64,000 bases of DNA from Leptogorgia sarmentosa (lineage: Eukaryota), in assembly GCA_964658305.1 (NCBI GenBank), contig OZ210885.1, forward strand, positions 7,440,001-7,504,000, written 5' to 3'. Position 1 is the first letter of the stretch. Each line of letters begins with the position of its first letter. Shown here piece after piece: positions 59,848 through 64,000 of this stretch. The notes under the pieces were generated by a model. It worked only from the letters and a program-made list of their open reading frames with translations. It was not told where the DNA came from and did no database searches. A program made the translations under genes and the position numbers.

Positions 59848-62800
59848 TCATTTGTTTTTCGTCCCCATGTTCCTCACGCAATCCTTAATGTTCTTCCAAC
59901 TTCTGATTGGAAATAGATGCTCTTTTCCTTCTAGGAATTTTTCCACCGCACGCTTCCAGGGGGCTTTTCCAACACTTATATATTAAGCGAAATATATTGA
60001 AATGTTGTCTTTCTCTCTCTTTGTCCACGCCTGCGTCTTAAATGTTCTTCTTTTTGGCACTATAAAAAAATCATTTTAACACGAATGGCACGTTCTTAAT
60101 TAATCTAATTAGTGTAATCTCCTGTCAGTTGGCGGGTTTCATTGATCATTCGCCGCCGTTTTTTATATCAAATTGGTTGGGGATGAGCAATCCAATGAGT
60201 GAACATGTAACTCGCACGGTTTTTGAGCGTTGCTAGCCAATCATCGAATATCATGGAATTATTGAGTTTTTGTTTAGAAATCAGTTTTTATTCAATTACC
60301 GTTGGTAGCAGTCACAGTTTTGTGCGCTGAGGTGGTTCCTGAAGGGAGATCATCCATCATTCCTGAATAATAGTAATAAACATTTGAATGTTACTATCTT
60401 AAATGTAATGTTAACACATGAAACCTTCAGAATTTTCAATTATGCCAGCTATTTTCAGTCCTGCTAAAAATTATATCTTATCTTCCACTCTCCCGGGAAA
60501 GTTCCATATTCTAGCCTTTTCTCCTATTTTGTGTCATATATTATTATGAATATTATGAATATTATGAATATTTCAAGTATATGAAAATAGCAAAACATAA
60601 ACTTGCACACGGCAGTTTGCTGGTTAGCTGGCACCTTATCGAAGACTTAGTTGTTTGCAAACTGAACCTGTTACCTTGGCTGGAAGTAGAAGGCTCGTTG
60701 CTTAAGTTCCCAGTCCGTCCTTCTTGATCACTCACTAAATTTAAAAATTATCAACATTAACAATTGCAAATTTTAATTAAGTTAAAATGTTAAAGATAAA
60801 GCTATGATCTTAGCTGTGTGATCGGAAGGCAAGCGCGAGATTTCGACTGCTGTGTATTTTTGTCCGAAACAAGTTTGCACACAAGGAAAACTTAAAATTC
60901 TTTCAACTGTCGCCAAAACGATAATCCGATTTCCTGGATTACCAACACCAGGAATTCTGTTGTATCTTATTGTCTATATAACAAATAGACTAAAAGAACA
61001 ATGTTTAGTTGTACTTACTAAAGGATTCTTCCTTATTGGTACCATCGAATTCTAAAAAAGAATAAAAATTGTTCTGCAAAAATAATAATTTTTACGTCGT
61101 CTTATCTCGAAACCAAAAAAACGTTTTAGAGAAAAAGTTTTATTCATTAGCAAAACTTAGTTCTGGGTAAGGGGGTTTCAATTGTTTGCTCAGTCACTTT
61201 GGAGTAATTTCCATGAAAATACCGTCCAGTTTATTGTTTGTTTATATACGGCATCTATTTTCAATACAAATAATTTAGTTCATGCATGAATACTGTAAAA
61301 ACTCAAACATTTCCTTTATTTCATAGTAGCTACTAATTAACAATTATACAACGAGACCGAGTTGTCTAATTGTTTTCGTATACACTCTAAGCCCAGAATG
61401 ATTTATATAAAGAAAATTTTTCAGAAACCTCAGCAAAACGCGAGTTTTCTGCAGTAGCCATATTGTTTTCCATTGCTTTTTCGCGAACCGTGGTGTATCA
61501 CGCAAAAGACAACGACTGGTAGCCAATTAGAATGTAGCATTTGTAATAGACGATGGTTGGGTGTATACTAATTAACAATTAGATTACGAGCTCGAGATTT
61601 CTATGAGGTGATAGTTGATGAGGGCGAAGCCCGAATCAACTATCATCTCGTAGAAATCGATAGCGAGTAATCTAATTGTTAATTAGAAGAATCATACTCG
61701 TATACTATTGCAAATGCTGCAATTTGATTGGCTACTCTACTCGAAATCTATTCCTCGATAGATAGCGAGTAGCAAAATATGTGAATTTTCGTTCAAGAAA
61801 ATGTCTTCTGAGACGCGTTTTAAATTATTTTTTGCAATATTTTCATGTTTGATCTCTGATTCTACTAAAACAATTAGATTACGAGCTCGAGATTTCTATG
61901 AGGTGATAGTTGATGAGGGCGAAGCCCGAATCAACTATCATCTCGTAGAAATCGATAGCGAGTTCGAAATCTCGTAGAAATCGATAGCGAGAATTAGAGA
62001 TCAAACATGAAAATATTGCAAAAAATAATTTATAACCGCGTCTCAGAAGACATTTTCTTGAACGAAAATTCACATATTTTGCTACTCGCTATCTATCGAG
62101 GAATAGATAGCGAGTAGAGTAGCCAATCAAATTGCACCATTTGCAATAGCACTCGCTATCGATTTCTACGAGATGATAGTTGATTCGGGCTTCGCCCTCA
62201 TCAACTATCACCTCATAGAAATCTCGAGCTCGTAATCTAATTGTTAATTAGTATACACCCAACCATCGTCTATTACAAATGCTACATTCTAATTGGCTAC
62301 CAGTCGTTGTCTTTTGCGTGATACACCACGGTTCGCGAAAAAGCAATGGAAAACAATATGGCTACTGCAGAAAACTCGCGTTTTGCTAAGGTTTCTGAAA
62401 AATTTTCTTTATATAAATCATTCTGCGCATAGAGTGTATACTAAAACAATTAGACAACTCGGCTTCATTGTCTACTTGTTAAATAGACGTTGTACTAGAA
62501 TAGCTAATTAAAAGAACGTTTTAGAACATATAACCAATGCCATGTTGCTACATTGATGTCATGGATTTATATGGTCCTGTAATAATATTAGATAGGAATT
62601 TATTCATACCTTGCAACTTTATGTCTCTAAAATTCCGCCCCTTGAACTGGCCAGCCTTCCCTTCACCCACAGCTACAAGAAGATTCCCAACGATTGCCAT
62701 TTCGATAGTGCTCTCTTGTAGCCGGTAAAAATGTTTATGAATTTGGATGTCATGGCCAAGATGCCTGGCCAGCCATCCAATTTCTGCTTCGTTCATGTCC

Positions 62801-63082
62801 ACAATCTGCGAGACGGTGGCCACGTATTTCCTCAGCTTTGTCGAGGTAAGCTGCTCTGGATTCTTGAGTTCGACATGGCGAACTACATTTGCAATGGCTT
62901 GGCATCCTCTGATGTTATTCTTAGAATTGTCATTATTGACGGCGAAGACATATGGGTTATCCGGATGAACGCCAACTTCATCACGAGTTTTAATTAATAT
63001 TTGAATTGCTCTTTGTACCTCTGGGGTAAGGATAATGGGAACCTTTTGGTTACGCTTCCCCATGATTTCGACGAGATCAAAC
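59848..63082 (-). pseudogene. Second tyrosine-recombinase gene (different Crypton-like family), C-terminal exons
   Basis: Exon 63082-62610: GKRNQKVP...PYVFA...LTSTKLRKYVAT...LARHLGHDIQIHKHFY (K, R, H, Y catalytic pattern); probable last exon 60059-59848 with Myb/SANT-like WTKREK...RSWKNIKDCVRN and an in-frame TAA. Confidence 0.75.
61333..62482. repeat. ~1.15-kb nested inverted repeat made of hairpin-ended units
   Basis: 61333-61665 mirrored by 62152-62482; 61706-61860 mirrored by 61992-62149; hairpin unit at ~61571, ~61870 and ~62152. Confidence 0.85.
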
Positions 63083-64000
63083 CTTGACAGAAAGCAATGT
63101 AAATTGGTTATGTTAACTGTAAATATCAATATTAGTCCTTCTCAAACGTAATATTTGCAAAACCAAAATGAAAAGGTCTTTGTACGTTTGCAATTTATCA
63201 AAATTAATGCTAATTTCATAGAACGATTCCACATTAACAAATTTTAGTTATTTTTCGCTCAAATATTCTCACGTCATATTTCAAAATTCAATTTAGGCCT
63301 TTTGATACAACCCGAAATGATGTTCAAAAATATGAAATTCACAAAATTTAATAAATTTTAGCTCTTTTATGTAGCCGTATTAACATGCTAGCCAATTATT
63401 GAAATGACAAATGGTTTATGAATTATTAATGATGTTTAAATAATAATCAACACTTGGTAGTTGTAAAGCAAAAAAATCTGAAAAAACGCTGGAAAGCTGA
63501 TAAGCATGTGTCTTCAGTGAAGTTGTTAATTAAAGTCGTTGGTTTCAGTTTAAAAAAAGGCCCAAATTTCAAGAGATCCAAATTTTGATCAAAGACTCTC
63601 CTGTATCCATACAGTTTTGACTCCTTGCATCGCAATGAGGAAATGTTAGTATTTCTTCATTTTCAGTCCGAGGACGCACGCACTCCTGAAGAGTTCATTT
63701 TCACACCATCGCTCGATACTCACGAAAATATGGGTATTTGCATAGTTTGTGACGAAAATACCACAATGATTTAATAAATAATTATTAAATTATTATTATT
63801 AATAATTCTTAATTATTATTGAGGAAATAATTTAAACAACGTTTTATCGATGTTTCTCATTGTCGAATGTCGAGACAAGCCCCAGCTGACTGACTGACTT
63901 AAGGGCTAATTCTCTAAGCATATTGCTTCCCTGACGAGTATTAAACGATTTCGCTATCAATTAATGTTAAGTAGCTAACCTTATCCATCTGTTATTGTCG

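Noticed and set aside
1..64000. Prokaryotic or viral systems (operons, CRISPR, defence islands)
   Set aside because: Spliceosomal introns, eukaryotic tRNAs and metazoan transposons throughout; the tyrosine recombinases contain introns.

Overview
AT-rich animal nuclear DNA with GT-AG introns. The repeat and gene content suggests a cnidarian, probably an anthozoan (inference). Host genes: the last two exons of a RING-H2 gene (0.85-1.5 kb), a complete 14-exon LDL-receptor-family gene with 8 LDL-A repeats (minus, 48.1-56.0 kb) and a divergent Cys-rich exon (56.5 kb). Two related tRNA clusters (7.3-13.2 kb and 41.2-45.9 kb) are built from Gln-Leu and Trp-Glu-Gly-Glu modules, many degenerate; a lone tRNA-Cys lies at 19.9 kb. 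The rest is mostly transposons: a full-length copia element with identical LTRs but a broken ORF, a 5'-truncated CR1-group LINE, BEL/Pao, L2, MULE and CACTA-like debris, a Penelope remnant with hammerhead ribozymes, many MITE/foldback elements, and two different tyrosine-recombinase (Crypton-type) genes. Two observations stand out. (1) Three sequence-unrelated long hairpins, two of them inside YR elements, share strand-specific tandem GA/GA mismatches (two also have a GAA triloop), pointing to a folded single-stranded DNA recombination substrate. (2) A ~400-bp TIR element inserted twice, independently, in or beside tRNA-Trp genes and carries its own Pol III A/B-box cassette. All calls were made by eye; coordinates may be off by a few bases.
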